Source: an uncultured Fretibacterium sp. (GTDB taxonomy: Bacteria; Synergistota; Synergistia; Synergistales; Aminobacteriaceae). Taken from it: a stretch of 64,000 bases of DNA. The translations under genes were made by a program, and so were the position numbers. The first letter of the stretch is position 1; each line of letters begins with the position of its first letter. The DNA is taken from contig CALCEM010000027.1 of the NCBI GenBank assembly GCA_937900285.1, positions 861 through 64,860 on the forward strand, given 5' to 3'. A model generated the notes under the pieces. That model was not told where the DNA came from, ran no database searches, and was given only the letters and a program-made list of their open reading frames with translations. This document shows, piece by piece, positions 9,257 to 19,179 of the stretch.

Positions 9257-10450
9257 ATGCATTTTTCAGACAGAATCCAGGCGTTAAAAATTTCACCTAT
9301 AAGGCGTTTAATTCCTTATGCCGATGCAGCTGTCGCAAAAGGAAAAAAAGTTTATCGCTTAAATATTGGGCAGCCTGATATAAAAACTCCTCAAGAATAT
9401 TTTGACGCTATAAAAAAATTTCATCCTGAAGTTGTAGCTTATTCAGTTTCGCAAGGTATTCCGGAATTACGCGAGGCCATCAGCAATTATTATAAATCTT
9501 GGAATATCCCGTATGATCCTAGCGATATTTATATAACCAGTGGCGGGAGTGAAGCATTATCATTTGCAGTAATGATTTTATGTGATCCAGGTGATGAGAT
9601 TTTAGTGCCTGAACCTTTTTACGCGAATTATAATACTTTTGCAAAATTGGCACTTGCAAATTTAAAACCGATTCCGACGAAAGCAGAAACGGGATTTCAT
9701 TTGCCGTCCGAAGAAGTTATTGAAGGTTTAATAAATTCGAGAACTCGCGCAATTTGGATGTCTCATCCCTGCAATCCTACCGGAGCAATTTACACGCCTG
9801 ATGAAATTAATATGTTGACTAGAATTGCGAAGAAGCACGATATTTTTATTATTGCCGATGAAGTTTATCGCGAATTTGTTTACGAAGCTGGGGAATTTAT
9901 GAGCTTCGGCCATGTTAAAGATGCTTTAGACCGGGTGATAATGGTTGATTCGCTTTCAAAACGTTACAGCGTTTGCGGTGCTAGAGTTGGGAGCATTGCG
10001 ATCAAGAATAAAGAATTTTTAGCGGAAGTCATGAAATTATGTCAGGGCAGGTTATGTGTTTCAGCTGTTGAACAATTTGCAGCGGTGAATTTGTACAACA
10101 CTCCAAAAAATTATTTACAGGAAGTCAACAAAGAATATAAAGCGCGTCGAGATGTTTTATATAATGACCTGAAAAAAATTAACGGAGTCGTCTGCCACGA
10201 ACCTAAAGGGGCATTTTATGCAATGGCAAAATTTCCGGTTGACAGTTCGGAAAAATTTATAATTTGGATGCTTGAAAATTTTGATGTAAACGGCGAAACG
10301 ATGATGGCATCTCCCGGAAATGGTTTTTACGCTGATCCCAACGATGGAATTAACGAAATGAGAATGGCCTATATTTTAAAATCTGAAGACCTCGAAAAGG
10401 CATTAAATATTTTAAAGCAGGCTATTGAAGCATATCCCGGCAGAATTTAA
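9257..10450 (+). CDS. PLP-dependent class I/II aminotransferase (aspartate aminotransferase-like)
   Basis: 397 aa. NIGQPD, NPCNPTGA, and DSLSKRYSVCGARVG, which carries the PLP-binding lysine motif. Confidence 0.85.
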   Translation: MHFSDRIQALKISPIRRLIPYADAAVAKGKKVYRLNIGQPDIKTPQEYFDAIKKFHPEVVAYSVSQGIPELREAISNYYKSWNIPYDPSDIYITSGGSEALSFAVMILCDPGDEILVPEPFYANYNTFAKLALANLKPIPTKAETGFHLPSEEVIEGLINSRTRAIWMSHPCNPTGAIYTPDEINMLTRIAKKHDIFIIADEVYREFVYEAGEFMSFGHVKDALDRVIMVDSLSKRYSVCGARVGSIAIKNKEFLAEVMKLCQGRLCVSAVEQFAAVNLYNTPKNYLQEVNKEYKARRDVLYNDLKKINGVVCHEPKGAFYAMAKFPVDSSEKFIIWMLENFDVNGETMMASPGNGFYADPNDGINEMRMAYILKSEDLEKALNILKQAIEAYPGRI

Positions 10451-10460
10451 AATTTAAATT

Positions 10461-11159
10461 ATGAGTTTATTCAGTTCTATTCCGGCAGGAGGAACGGTTT
10501 TTAATTTCCTGGCAGTTTTAATCGGCAGTTTTATCGGACTTACTGTCGGGAAATTTTTTCCGGAAAAGTTGCAGCGCGAAATTTTTAACTGTTTGGGATT
10601 ATTTACGATTTACGTCGGGATCAGCATGGCTCTTAAAATGCAAAATTCAAACGCTGTATTATTGAGTTTAGTTTTGGGTACGATAACGGGTAATTTTTTG
10701 GGGATCGAAAATGAATTAAATTCCTTAGGCGACAAAATAAAAAATAAATTACATGCGAAAGAATCAAAATTTACAGAGGGTTTTGTGACGGCGACATTAT
10801 TATTTTGTGTTGGTTCAATGGCAATACTCGGAGCATTTGAGGACGGTTTAAAACATAATCCTTCAATTTTGATCACAAAAGGTGTAATGGATGGCATAGC
10901 ATCAATATTATTTTCGAGTGCGTTAGGTCTTGGCGTAATGTTTTCTGTTTTCCCGTTAATAATTTATCAGGGCGGATTAACTTTTTTAGCTTCGCTTTTA
11001 GCACCGTTCATAACGCAAAATATTTACGCTGATATATCTGGCATCGGTGGCTTGATGATAATCGGAATAGGCACGAATTTACTGGGCGTAACAAAATTAA
11101 AATTATCTGATATGTTGCCGGGATTAATTTATATAGTTTTGCTATCAAGAATTTTTTAA
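10461..11159 (+). CDS. DUF554 family membrane protein
   Basis: 232 aa polytopic protein. GGTVFNFLAVLIGSFIGL...CLGLFTIYVGISMAL matches the DUF554 (YqgA/YdfK-like) N-terminus. Confidence 0.7.
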   Translation: MSLFSSIPAGGTVFNFLAVLIGSFIGLTVGKFFPEKLQREIFNCLGLFTIYVGISMALKMQNSNAVLLSLVLGTITGNFLGIENELNSLGDKIKNKLHAKESKFTEGFVTATLLFCVGSMAILGAFEDGLKHNPSILITKGVMDGIASILFSSALGLGVMFSVFPLIIYQGGLTFLASLLAPFITQNIYADISGIGGLMIIGIGTNLLGVTKLKLSDMLPGLIYIVLLSRIF

Positions 11160-11188
11160 AATTTAAAATTGGGGGTTGACAAAATAAA

Positions 11189-12250
11189 ATGACTGCGCTT
11201 AAATCATCACATCACATCACATCACCTATTAATGTCCCTGAAGTAAATCATGATCTTGATGAAATTCATGTAACTTTGGGAGTTTACGATCCTACCGGGA
11301 AATATTCGCAACATGCCGGGGTCGTGATGACTTCGATTTTTGAAAACACTCATAACCCGGTGACCGTTCATATTTTGCACGATGAAACTTTGACGGAAGA
11401 CAACAAAAATAAGTTTATACGAACTGCCGAAAAATATAATCAAAAAATAGATTTAATAGACGTTAGAGAACGTGTAAAGAAGCTTCCTAAGCATGTAATA
11501 AATTTTTTTAGAGAACAATATTCTTCGCTTGGGACGTTTTATAGGTTTTTTATATTTGATTTACTGAAATTTGACAAAATAATATATTTGGATTGCGATA
11601 TTGTTGTGAATCTTGATATAAAAGAATTATGGCAGATCGATATAAAAAATTATTGTTTAGCTGCAATATTAGATAAACCGCTTCAAAGTACTCCAAAATT
11701 TTCGCAATACGCAATAGGTTTCAAAATGTATAACATGGACATCGCATCATATTTTAATGCTGGGGTTATAGTATTTAACTTGTCTGAAATACGTAAACTC
11801 AATTTAAACATTATTGAAGAAGCTACAAAATATTTCAAGCGCTATTCTCATATATTATCATTCAGTGATCAAGATTTTTTAAACGCGTTTTTTCACGATT
11901 CGGTTAAGCTCATTGATGAAAAGTTTAATAAATTTAATAGATTTTTGCCGGTCACAGATGAAGAAGCTCAAAATATCATTATGCACACTACTCCATACGA
12001 GTTCAGAGGCTGGGCAATGCACGGAAAAATTTATCAAAAATATTATTGGCTGAATTATTTAAAATCTGCATGGGGTGAAAATAAATCTCCGGCCGAAATG
12101 GTAGAAATATTAACTGAAGCCGCAAATATTCCGCAAAAAATCCAGTATTCAAAATTCATGAGCATTTACACAAGAAGCATAAAACATATAAAAGGCATAT
12201 TCAAATTATTAACGGCAGAATTAAAATACAGAATTACTCATAAGAATTAA
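11189..12250 (+). CDS. Glycosyltransferase family 8 (LPS/LOS-type retaining glycosyltransferase) with a 5' ATCAC repeat tract
   Basis: IHVTLGVYDPTGKYSQHAGVVMTSI, the DxD motif YLDCDIVV, and NAGVIVFNL. The tract encodes SSHHITS after codon 5. Confidence 0.85.
   Translation: MTALKSSHHITSPINVPEVNHDLDEIHVTLGVYDPTGKYSQHAGVVMTSIFENTHNPVTVHILHDETLTEDNKNKFIRTAEKYNQKIDLIDVRERVKKLPKHVINFFREQYSSLGTFYRFFIFDLLKFDKIIYLDCDIVVNLDIKELWQIDIKNYCLAAILDKPLQSTPKFSQYAIGFKMYNMDIASYFNAGVIVFNLSEIRKLNLNIIEEATKYFKRYSHILSFSDQDFLNAFFHDSVKLIDEKFNKFNRFLPVTDEEAQNIIMHTTPYEFRGWAMHGKIYQKYYWLNYLKSAWGENKSPAEMVEILTEAANIPQKIQYSKFMSIYTRSIKHIKGIFKLLTAELKYRITHKN
11203..11225 (+). repeat. Pentanucleotide tract atc(ATCAC)4 inside the 5' end of the GT8 gene
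   Basis: Read directly: aaATCATCACATCACATCACATCACct. The unit length is not a multiple of 3. Confidence 0.95.
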
Positions 12251-12319
12251 AAATTTAACAGCCTGTGATAATATTTGCAAGTAAATTATACAAATTATCA
12301 GGAGGCAAAAATTTTTTAA

Positions 12320-15133
12320 ATGGATCAAAAAGATTATAAAGATACTTTAAATTTGCCCGTCACAAATTTTCCGATGCGCGCTAATTTGGCAAAACGCGAA
12401 CCGGGATTTTTGGAATTTTGGCACGATAATGATATTTATCATAAAGCCCTCGAAGCTCGTCATAATTCAAAAGAGCATTTTATTCTGCATGATGGTCCGC
12501 CCTATGCTAACGGAGATATTCATATCGGGACGGCGTTCAATAAAATTTTAAAAGATTTCATCCCGAAATTTAAAACAATGTCCGGGATTTATGCTCCGTA
12601 TGTTCCCGGCTGGGATACTCATGGCCTGCCTATCGAATTAAGATCGCTCAAAGATGGTGGCTTCTCAAAATTAGGAGCCGGAATCGATCCCGTTGAACTT
12701 CGGAAACGCTGCAAAGAAACTGCATTACACTATTTAAATATTCAGCGCGAAGAATTTAAACGGCTCGGAGTTTTAGGCGAATGGGATCACCCATATATTA
12801 CGCTTGATCCGAATTATGAATATTTAGAATTAAATGCATTTGCCGAAATGGTCGAGAAAAATTTAATTTATCGCGGATTAAAGCCCGTATACTGGTGCAC
12901 AGATTGTCAAACAGCTTTGGCCGCCGGTGAAATTGAATATTGGGACGAATCTTCACCATCGGTTTATGTTGCTTATCCGATTCCAGAAATTAAAAATAAA
13001 TTCCCGGAGTTTTCGGACAGAGAAATTTATATTGTGATCTGGACCACAACCCCCTGGACATTGCCTTCAAGTGCCGGCGTTGCGTTGCATCCAAATTATA
13101 ATTACGGATTTTATGAGCATGACAATAAAATTTATATATTCGCCGAAGGTTTAAAAAATTCCGTGAGCGAGAACACTGGAATTAATTTCGGTGATGCCTT
13201 GAAAATTGTAAAGGGTGCAGACCTCGAAAAATTAAAAGCCGTTCACCCGTTTTACGACGATAAAGAAATTTTAATTGTGTTGGCCGATTATGTAGAACTC
13301 GAAACTGGCACGGGTTGCGTACATACTTCACCAGGACACGGCGTTGAAGATTATGAAACGGGCGTGCGTTACGGCTTAAAAGTTTACAGCTCCGTAGATC
13401 ATTCCGGACATTTTGAAAAAAATATGCAGATTGTCGGAGGTATGTCGCTCGAAGAAGGCGGAAATAAAGCGATCGAATTAATTAAATCTCGTGGCAGATT
13501 GTTGGGACTTGGGAAAATTTTGCACAGTTATCCGCACTGCTGGAGATGCAAAAAGCCCGTAATATTCCGCGCAACTGATCAATGGTTTATAAATGTTTCG
13601 GAATTTAAGGAGCAAGCATTAAATTTAATCGACAACGAAATAAAATGGATTCCAGACTGGGGACGCGACAGAATTTTTAACATGGTAAGTTCTCGTTCTG
13701 ACTGGTGCATATCTCGTCAAAGAGTTTGGGGGATTCCAGTCCCTGCAATTCGCTGCAAAGATTGCGGAGCTTTCACGCTTACACCCGACAGAATAAAATT
13801 GCTCGCTGAAAAAGTAAAAACATCTGAGGACGGTACATCAATTTGGTGGCGCGAAGATTTAAAAAATTTATTCGGCGATCTTGCTAAATGTGATCACTGC
13901 GGCTCTGAAAATGTTGAAAAAGATTCTAATATTTTAGATGTCTGGTTTGATTCTGGAGTGTCACATATTTCAGTTTTAAATGAAAAATTTGGATTGTCAT
14001 GGCCGTGCGATATGTATTTAGAGGGCAGCGACCAGCATCGCGGGTGGTTTCAATCTTCGTTATTAACTGCTACAGCGATCAAGGGACATGCACCATATAA
14101 ACAAGTTTTAACGCACGGTTTTACGCTTGATGGAGAAGGCCGTAAAATGTCCAAATCAATTGGCAATACAGTAGCTCCCGGAGATGTAATAAAGGAATTT
14201 GGCGCGGATATTTTGAGGTTATGGGTTGCATCGAGTGATTACAGAAACGATGTAAGAATTTCGAAGACAATTTTAAAAACTTTGTCCGAAACTTATAGGC
14301 GTATTCGTAACACGTCCAGATTTTTGCTGGGGAATTTACATGATTTTAAGCCGGCCGAAAATAAAATTAATTACGAGAATTTATTACAAATTGATAAATG
14401 GATTCTCGACAGGTTGCAGCATATTATAAGCAAATCTCAAACGGCTTACGAAAATTATGAATTTCATATCCCTGTTAATTTAATTCATTCGTTCTGCGTA
14501 AATGAGTTGAGTGCGTTTCATTTGGATATAAGCAAAGATCGTTTATATGTTGAAGATAAAAATTCTTTAACCAGGCGTAGCGCACAGACTGTAATGTGGG
14601 AAATTTTAACGGCCATGACGAAAATTTTAGCGCCGATTTTGAGTTTTACGGCAGAAGAGATTTGGCAGGAAATGAAAAATATTGATCCGAATTTACAGGA
14701 GAGTATATTTTTATCAGATTTCCCGAAATGCGACGAATCAAAAATTAACGATGAATTAAATAATTTATTTGACGAAGCTCAAAAATTAAAAGGTGCTGTT
14801 AGCCGTTGTCTTGAAATTATGCGAGCCGATAAAATAATAGGGACATCACTTGAAGCAGCTGTACAAGTTAAAAAATCTGACGAGCTTAAAATTTTAATTG
14901 ATTCGTTCACGCCCGAAGAATTAGCGGACATAGTGATCGTTTCAAAATTTGAATGGGTCGGCGAAAATAATAATTTAAATCTCGCGAAAAATTTCCATGA
15001 TGATTTAACGGGAATTGATCTCGCTGCAGGTTTCACGGCTGGGACGAAATGCCCGCGCTGTTGGAAATATTCAGATAAGCCCAATAAAAATAATTTATGT
15101 CCGAGATGTGCGCATGTTCTGCACGAGGATTAA
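12320..15133 (+). CDS. ileS: Isoleucine--tRNA ligase
   Basis: 937 aa. HIGH-type motif PYANGDIHIGT, KMSKS, and C-terminal Zn-binding CPRCW...CPRC. Confidence 0.97.
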   Translation: MDQKDYKDTLNLPVTNFPMRANLAKREPGFLEFWHDNDIYHKALEARHNSKEHFILHDGPPYANGDIHIGTAFNKILKDFIPKFKTMSGIYAPYVPGWDTHGLPIELRSLKDGGFSKLGAGIDPVELRKRCKETALHYLNIQREEFKRLGVLGEWDHPYITLDPNYEYLELNAFAEMVEKNLIYRGLKPVYWCTDCQTALAAGEIEYWDESSPSVYVAYPIPEIKNKFPEFSDREIYIVIWTTTPWTLPSSAGVALHPNYNYGFYEHDNKIYIFAEGLKNSVSENTGINFGDALKIVKGADLEKLKAVHPFYDDKEILIVLADYVELETGTGCVHTSPGHGVEDYETGVRYGLKVYSSVDHSGHFEKNMQIVGGMSLEEGGNKAIELIKSRGRLLGLGKILHSYPHCWRCKKPVIFRATDQWFINVSEFKEQALNLIDNEIKWIPDWGRDRIFNMVSSRSDWCISRQRVWGIPVPAIRCKDCGAFTLTPDRIKLLAEKVKTSEDGTSIWWREDLKNLFGDLAKCDHCGSENVEKDSNILDVWFDSGVSHISVLNEKFGLSWPCDMYLEGSDQHRGWFQSSLLTATAIKGHAPYKQVLTHGFTLDGEGRKMSKSIGNTVAPGDVIKEFGADILRLWVASSDYRNDVRISKTILKTLSETYRRIRNTSRFLLGNLHDFKPAENKINYENLLQIDKWILDRLQHIISKSQTAYENYEFHIPVNLIHSFCVNELSAFHLDISKDRLYVEDKNSLTRRSAQTVMWEILTAMTKILAPILSFTAEEIWQEMKNIDPNLQESIFLSDFPKCDESKINDELNNLFDEAQKLKGAVSRCLEIMRADKIIGTSLEAAVQVKKSDELKILIDSFTPEELADIVIVSKFEWVGENNNLNLAKNFHDDLTGIDLAAGFTAGTKCPRCWKYSDKPNKNNLCPRCAHVLHED

Positions 15134-15154
15134 TTAATAATTAAATTTTAAATT

Positions 15155-15185
15155 AGCTTCCTGAAAATATCGGGGAGCTTTTTTT
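15155..15185 (+). terminator. Rho-independent terminator after ileS
   Basis: Stem AGCTTCC / GGGGAGCT (7 bp, one G-U pair), a 10-11 nt loop, then a U7 run. Confidence 0.6.
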
Positions 15186-15275
15186 ATTAATAATAATGAT
15201 TTGCAATAAAAATTTACTGGTGATATGCTCTCACGGGAATTTTATTAAATATTAAATTTAGAAGGCAGGAATTTC

Positions 15276-17180
15276 ATGTTTAAAATTTCAAATGGTGAAA
15301 AAACTTGCGAATTTGAAAGCGGAGTAAAAATTTATGATGTTCTTAAATCTTTGGGACTCGATAATAAAAAATTAATCGCAGGAAAATTAAACGGTAAATT
15401 ATTAGATTTGTCGCGCGAAATATCCGAAGGCGGAGAAATTGAAGCAGTTAATACAGATTCTCCCGAAGGTTTAGAAATTTTAAGACATTCGACAGCGCAT
15501 TTAATGGCCGAAGCTATAGAAAAATTATATCCCGGTACAAAATTCGGAATAGGTCCGGCAATTAAGGACGGATTTTATTATGATCTCGATATAGCTGGAG
15601 ATATTACTATTACTGAACAGGATTTCTCAGCGATTGAAGCCGAAATGAGAAAATTATCAGGTGCAGCCGAAAAAATTACGCGCGAAGATTTGCCAAAAGA
15701 CGAAGCGTTAAAATTTTTTGAGTCACGCAACGACAATTATAAAACTGAATTAATTAACGAGATCGATGCGCCTACAGTTTCGATTTATAAACAAGGAAAT
15801 TACGCAGATTTATGCAGAGGTCCTCATGTTCCAGATACATCGAAAGTAAGAAATTTTAAATTATTATCAGTGGCGGGAGCTTATTGGCGCGGCAGCGAAA
15901 AAAATAAAATGCTTACAAGAATTTACGGTACAGCCTTCGCAAATCCTGACGAATTAAAAGAATATTTAAAACGAATGGAAGAAGCTAAATTACGCGACCA
16001 TAGAAAACTGGGCAAAGATTTGGATTTGTTCAGCCTGCACGAAGAGGGGCCGGGCTTTCCGTTCTTTCATCCTAAAGGCGTGACGATAATGAACACTTTA
16101 ATAGATTTTTGGAGGCGCGAACATCTTAAGCGCGGTTATCTTGAAATTAAAACGCCTCAAATTTTGGATCGTGATTTATGGATCAGGTCTGGTCATTGGG
16201 ATCATTATCGCGAAAATATGTATTTAACGGAAATTGATGGGAAACCTTATGCGATAAAACCGATGAATTGTCCGGGCAGCATTCTGGTTTATAAAACGCA
16301 GTTAAGAAGTTACAGAGATTTGCCGTTGAGGCTTGCGGAGCTTGGAATTGTTCACCGTCATGAACGCAGCGGAGTTTTACACGGATTAATGCGCGTTAGA
16401 TGTTTTACGCAGGACGATGCACACACGTATATTGAACACGCAAAAATAAAAGAAGAAGTAACGGAAATTATGAACCTCGATAAATATGTTTATAATGACG
16501 TATTTGGTTTTAAATATTCCGTTGAGCTTTCGACTCGTCCAGAAGATTCAATGGGAACTGACGAACAATGGGAGACGGCAGAAAATGCTTTACGCGAAGC
16601 ACTTGAGAGCACAAATACCCCATATACTATTAATCCTGGCGACGGAGCATTTTACGGTCCTAAAATTGATTTTCATCTCGAAGATTGTCTCGGCAGGACT
16701 TGGCAATGCGGTACGATTCAATTAGATTTTCAATTACCCGGACGTTTTGAAGTTACGTATATAGGTGAAGACGGTGCTGAACATACGCCGGTATTGCTTC
16801 ATAGGGTAGTGTTCGGGAGCGTTGAAAGATTTTTGGGGATTTTAATTGAACATTATGCCGGAGCTTTTCCGTTTTGGCTTGCACCTGTTCAGATTGAATT
16901 AATTACGGTTTCGGAAAATCATTTGAAGTACGCTGAAGATTTGAAAAATAAATTAATTGATTCCGGTTTCAGAGTTGATATTGATAAGCGTAACGAAAAA
17001 TTAGGGCGTAAAATTCGAGATGCTCAATTACAAAAAGTCCCGTATATGTTGATAATCGGCGATAAGGAATGCGAAAATAATTTAATGTCTGTTCGTGAAC
17101 GTTCAAAAGGCGATCTTGGCAGTATGAATTTTGAAGAGTTTAAAAATTTGTTGAATCAGGAGTTTAACCCAATTCACTAA
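15276..17180 (+). CDS. thrS: Threonine--tRNA ligase
   Basis: 634 aa. TGS domain N-terminus, editing-domain motif HSTAHLMA, class II core with FTQDDAH, and a C-terminal anticodon-binding domain. Confidence 0.97.
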   Translation: MFKISNGEKTCEFESGVKIYDVLKSLGLDNKKLIAGKLNGKLLDLSREISEGGEIEAVNTDSPEGLEILRHSTAHLMAEAIEKLYPGTKFGIGPAIKDGFYYDLDIAGDITITEQDFSAIEAEMRKLSGAAEKITREDLPKDEALKFFESRNDNYKTELINEIDAPTVSIYKQGNYADLCRGPHVPDTSKVRNFKLLSVAGAYWRGSEKNKMLTRIYGTAFANPDELKEYLKRMEEAKLRDHRKLGKDLDLFSLHEEGPGFPFFHPKGVTIMNTLIDFWRREHLKRGYLEIKTPQILDRDLWIRSGHWDHYRENMYLTEIDGKPYAIKPMNCPGSILVYKTQLRSYRDLPLRLAELGIVHRHERSGVLHGLMRVRCFTQDDAHTYIEHAKIKEEVTEIMNLDKYVYNDVFGFKYSVELSTRPEDSMGTDEQWETAENALREALESTNTPYTINPGDGAFYGPKIDFHLEDCLGRTWQCGTIQLDFQLPGRFEVTYIGEDGAEHTPVLLHRVVFGSVERFLGILIEHYAGAFPFWLAPVQIELITVSENHLKYAEDLKNKLIDSGFRVDIDKRNEKLGRKIRDAQLQKVPYMLIIGDKECENNLMSVRERSKGDLGSMNFEEFKNLLNQEFNPIH

Positions 17181-17200
17181 AATATAAAAATATAAAAAAT

Positions 17201-17233
17201 AAAAAGTCCCGGCGAAATTTTACCGGGATTTTA
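17201..17233. terminator. Bidirectional terminator hairpin between thrS and lpxB
   Basis: Stem GTCCCGG (17206-17212) / CCGGGAT (17223-17229), flanked by A5 on the left and T4 on the right. Confidence 0.55.
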
Positions 17234-17235
17234 AT

Positions 17236-18360
17236 TCAGAGATTTTTTACGCATTCCGCCCAAAACTCTGCAGCATTTGAATTTCCCATTAAATTTTTTG
17301 CGCTCGTCAATCTTGAATCTATTTCATTTTTAAAATTTTCGTCTGTTAAATATTTTTCCAGCTCATTTACAATTTTTTCGGGCTGAGCATCACCGCAAAT
17401 TAATTCCGGGTATATCGGTTTTACACTTAAATAATTCGGGATCGAAATTTTTTTTACGTGAACCAGTTTTTTTAATAGCCAATGTGTAAATTTTTTCATG
17501 TTGTAAATTACTACCATGAATTTATTTAATAACATCGCTTCAACTGCTACAGTTCCGGACACTCCTGCTACTGCCAAAGCTCCCGACATTAATTCGCGTC
17601 CTTCATGTTCCCAAATGTCATATTTATATTTTGAAACTTTTTCACGCAGAATCTGAGCTAAATCATCCGACAATCCCCGCGCAACCGAAAATACCGGCCT
17701 GTAATTTTTTTCTCGTAATATTTCAGCCGTCTTTAATAATATTTCCAAATGAAATTTTATGTCATATGCTCTGCTGCCGGGCATTAAAGCGATTACGGGA
17801 TCATTTTTAAATCTGGTCGTAAATTTTTCGGTGAGCTTGTAATTTTTTAAGTCATGTACTAACGGGTGGGCAGTCCAATAAGATTTTGCACCGTGAGAAA
17901 TTAAATACTCGTGCTCGAAATAAAATAAAGGCAGGCAGAAATCATAATCACGAATTAAATTTTTAACCCTTCCACTGCGCCACGCCCATACAGTTGGAGG
18001 CACTAAAGAAATTATTTTCCCGGAATATCCGCAACGCCTTAAATTTTTGGCAAGCATTAAATGGAAGTCGGGACTATCAATTAAAATTACTGCTACAGGA
18101 TTTTTTTTTAAAATTTCGCGGGTCATGTCTTTTTTTAATTTAAATATTCTCGGTAATGCTGGAATAATTTCTATAAACCCCATTAATTTTAATTCGTCAT
18201 AACTCCATGTAACAGTTCCGCCTGATTTTTCCCCGTTAATTCCCATCATTCCCCATATTTCTAAATCTGGAATTAATTTTAATATTTCCCGTATAAAATC
18301 ACCCGCATAAATATCTCCGCTAACTTCTCCGCAACTTACAAAAATATTTTTATTATTCAT
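17236..18360 (-). CDS. lpxB: Lipid-A-disaccharide synthase
   Basis: 374 aa. N-terminus IFVSCGEVSGDIYAG is the LpxB signature (GE.SGD). Sits directly downstream of lpxI. Confidence 0.9.
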   Translation of the reverse strand: MNNKNIFVSCGEVSGDIYAGDFIREILKLIPDLEIWGMMGINGEKSGGTVTWSYDELKLMGFIEIIPALPRIFKLKKDMTREILKKNPVAVILIDSPDFHLMLAKNLRRCGYSGKIISLVPPTVWAWRSGRVKNLIRDYDFCLPLFYFEHEYLISHGAKSYWTAHPLVHDLKNYKLTEKFTTRFKNDPVIALMPGSRAYDIKFHLEILLKTAEILREKNYRPVFSVARGLSDDLAQILREKVSKYKYDIWEHEGRELMSGALAVAGVSGTVAVEAMLLNKFMVVIYNMKKFTHWLLKKLVHVKKISIPNYLSVKPIYPELICGDAQPEKIVNELEKYLTDENFKNEIDSRLTSAKNLMGNSNAAEFWAECVKNL

Positions 18361-18369
18361 GATTTATAT

Positions 18370-19179
18370 TTATATCCCGAACACTGCAATTTTATATTTG
18401 TCTGCAAGATTAAAAAATTTTTCCGGCTCAAGTATTAAAGTGCGCCCGGATTCAACAGCTAAACATGTTAAACCAGCTTCGTGCATTCCGTTAAGAGTTA
18501 CAGGCCCAACGGTCGGCAAATCGTAACGTAAATCCTGATCTTCTCGCATCATTTTTATTAAAACCCCGTGATGTATCAAACTCCCAGCGCGCTTTATCAT
18601 CATGTCAGTCCCTTCCATCGCTTCGACTGCAACAACCGCACCATCAGCAATTATTACACCCTGCCCAAATGAACACGGCAAAGTTATTTTTAAAATATTT
18701 TTTCCGCATTCAATGTCTTTAAATTCTTGTTCGTTCGGTTTTCGTAAACTTAATTTCCCGGCTGAAGCTAAAAATTCCGGTAAAATCTGCCAATATGGAA
18801 TAACTTTTAATCCTTCGCGCTCAAAAATTTCAACAACTGCACCCAGTAATGAATGATCATCTCTTAAACTGTTTTTTATAACTTGACGGGATAATTTATC
18901 AAACAATAACGGCAGTAAATATAATACCTTTTTTGAAATTCCTCCGGCCATTATTAAGGTATCAGCTCCCCATGATTTTATTTCCCGTAGACTTCTGCTT
19001 ATTAATGGAGCTTTGAAACTTATTAATTTATCCGCATAAGGTCTCAAAATTTCCGGGTCATCTCTTATCGCAAGTATTAACGGCTTCGAGCCTTCGTTTT
19101 CAAATAATTTTTTTGCGATCTCTACTGGTAATAATCCATTCCCGGCGATTAATGCAATTTTCATTTTAAATTCTGTCAA
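18370..19179 (-). CDS. lpxI: UDP-2,3-diacylglucosamine pyrophosphatase LpxI (DUF1009)
   Basis: 269 aa. KIALIAGNGLLPVEIAK...DTLIMAGGISK...DLPTVGPVT, with the conserved position next to lpxB. Confidence 0.75.
   Translation of the reverse strand: MTEFKMKIALIAGNGLLPVEIAKKLFENEGSKPLILAIRDDPEILRPYADKLISFKAPLISRSLREIKSWGADTLIMAGGISKKVLYLLPLLFDKLSRQVIKNSLRDDHSLLGAVVEIFEREGLKVIPYWQILPEFLASAGKLSLRKPNEQEFKDIECGKNILKITLPCSFGQGVIIADGAVVAVEAMEGTDMMIKRAGSLIHHGVLIKMMREDQDLRYDLPTVGPVTLNGMHEAGLTCLAVESGRTLILEPEKFFNLADKYKIAVFGI

Noticed and set aside
12251-12319. T-box or other leader riboswitch upstream of ileS and thrS, and a cobalamin riboswitch upstream of cbiA.
   Set aside because: The leaders are too short: 69 nt before ileS, about 45 nt after the putative thrS promoter, and 71 nt between tRNA-Asn and cbiA. 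T-box or B12 elements need about 200 nt, and no specifier or T-box motif was seen.
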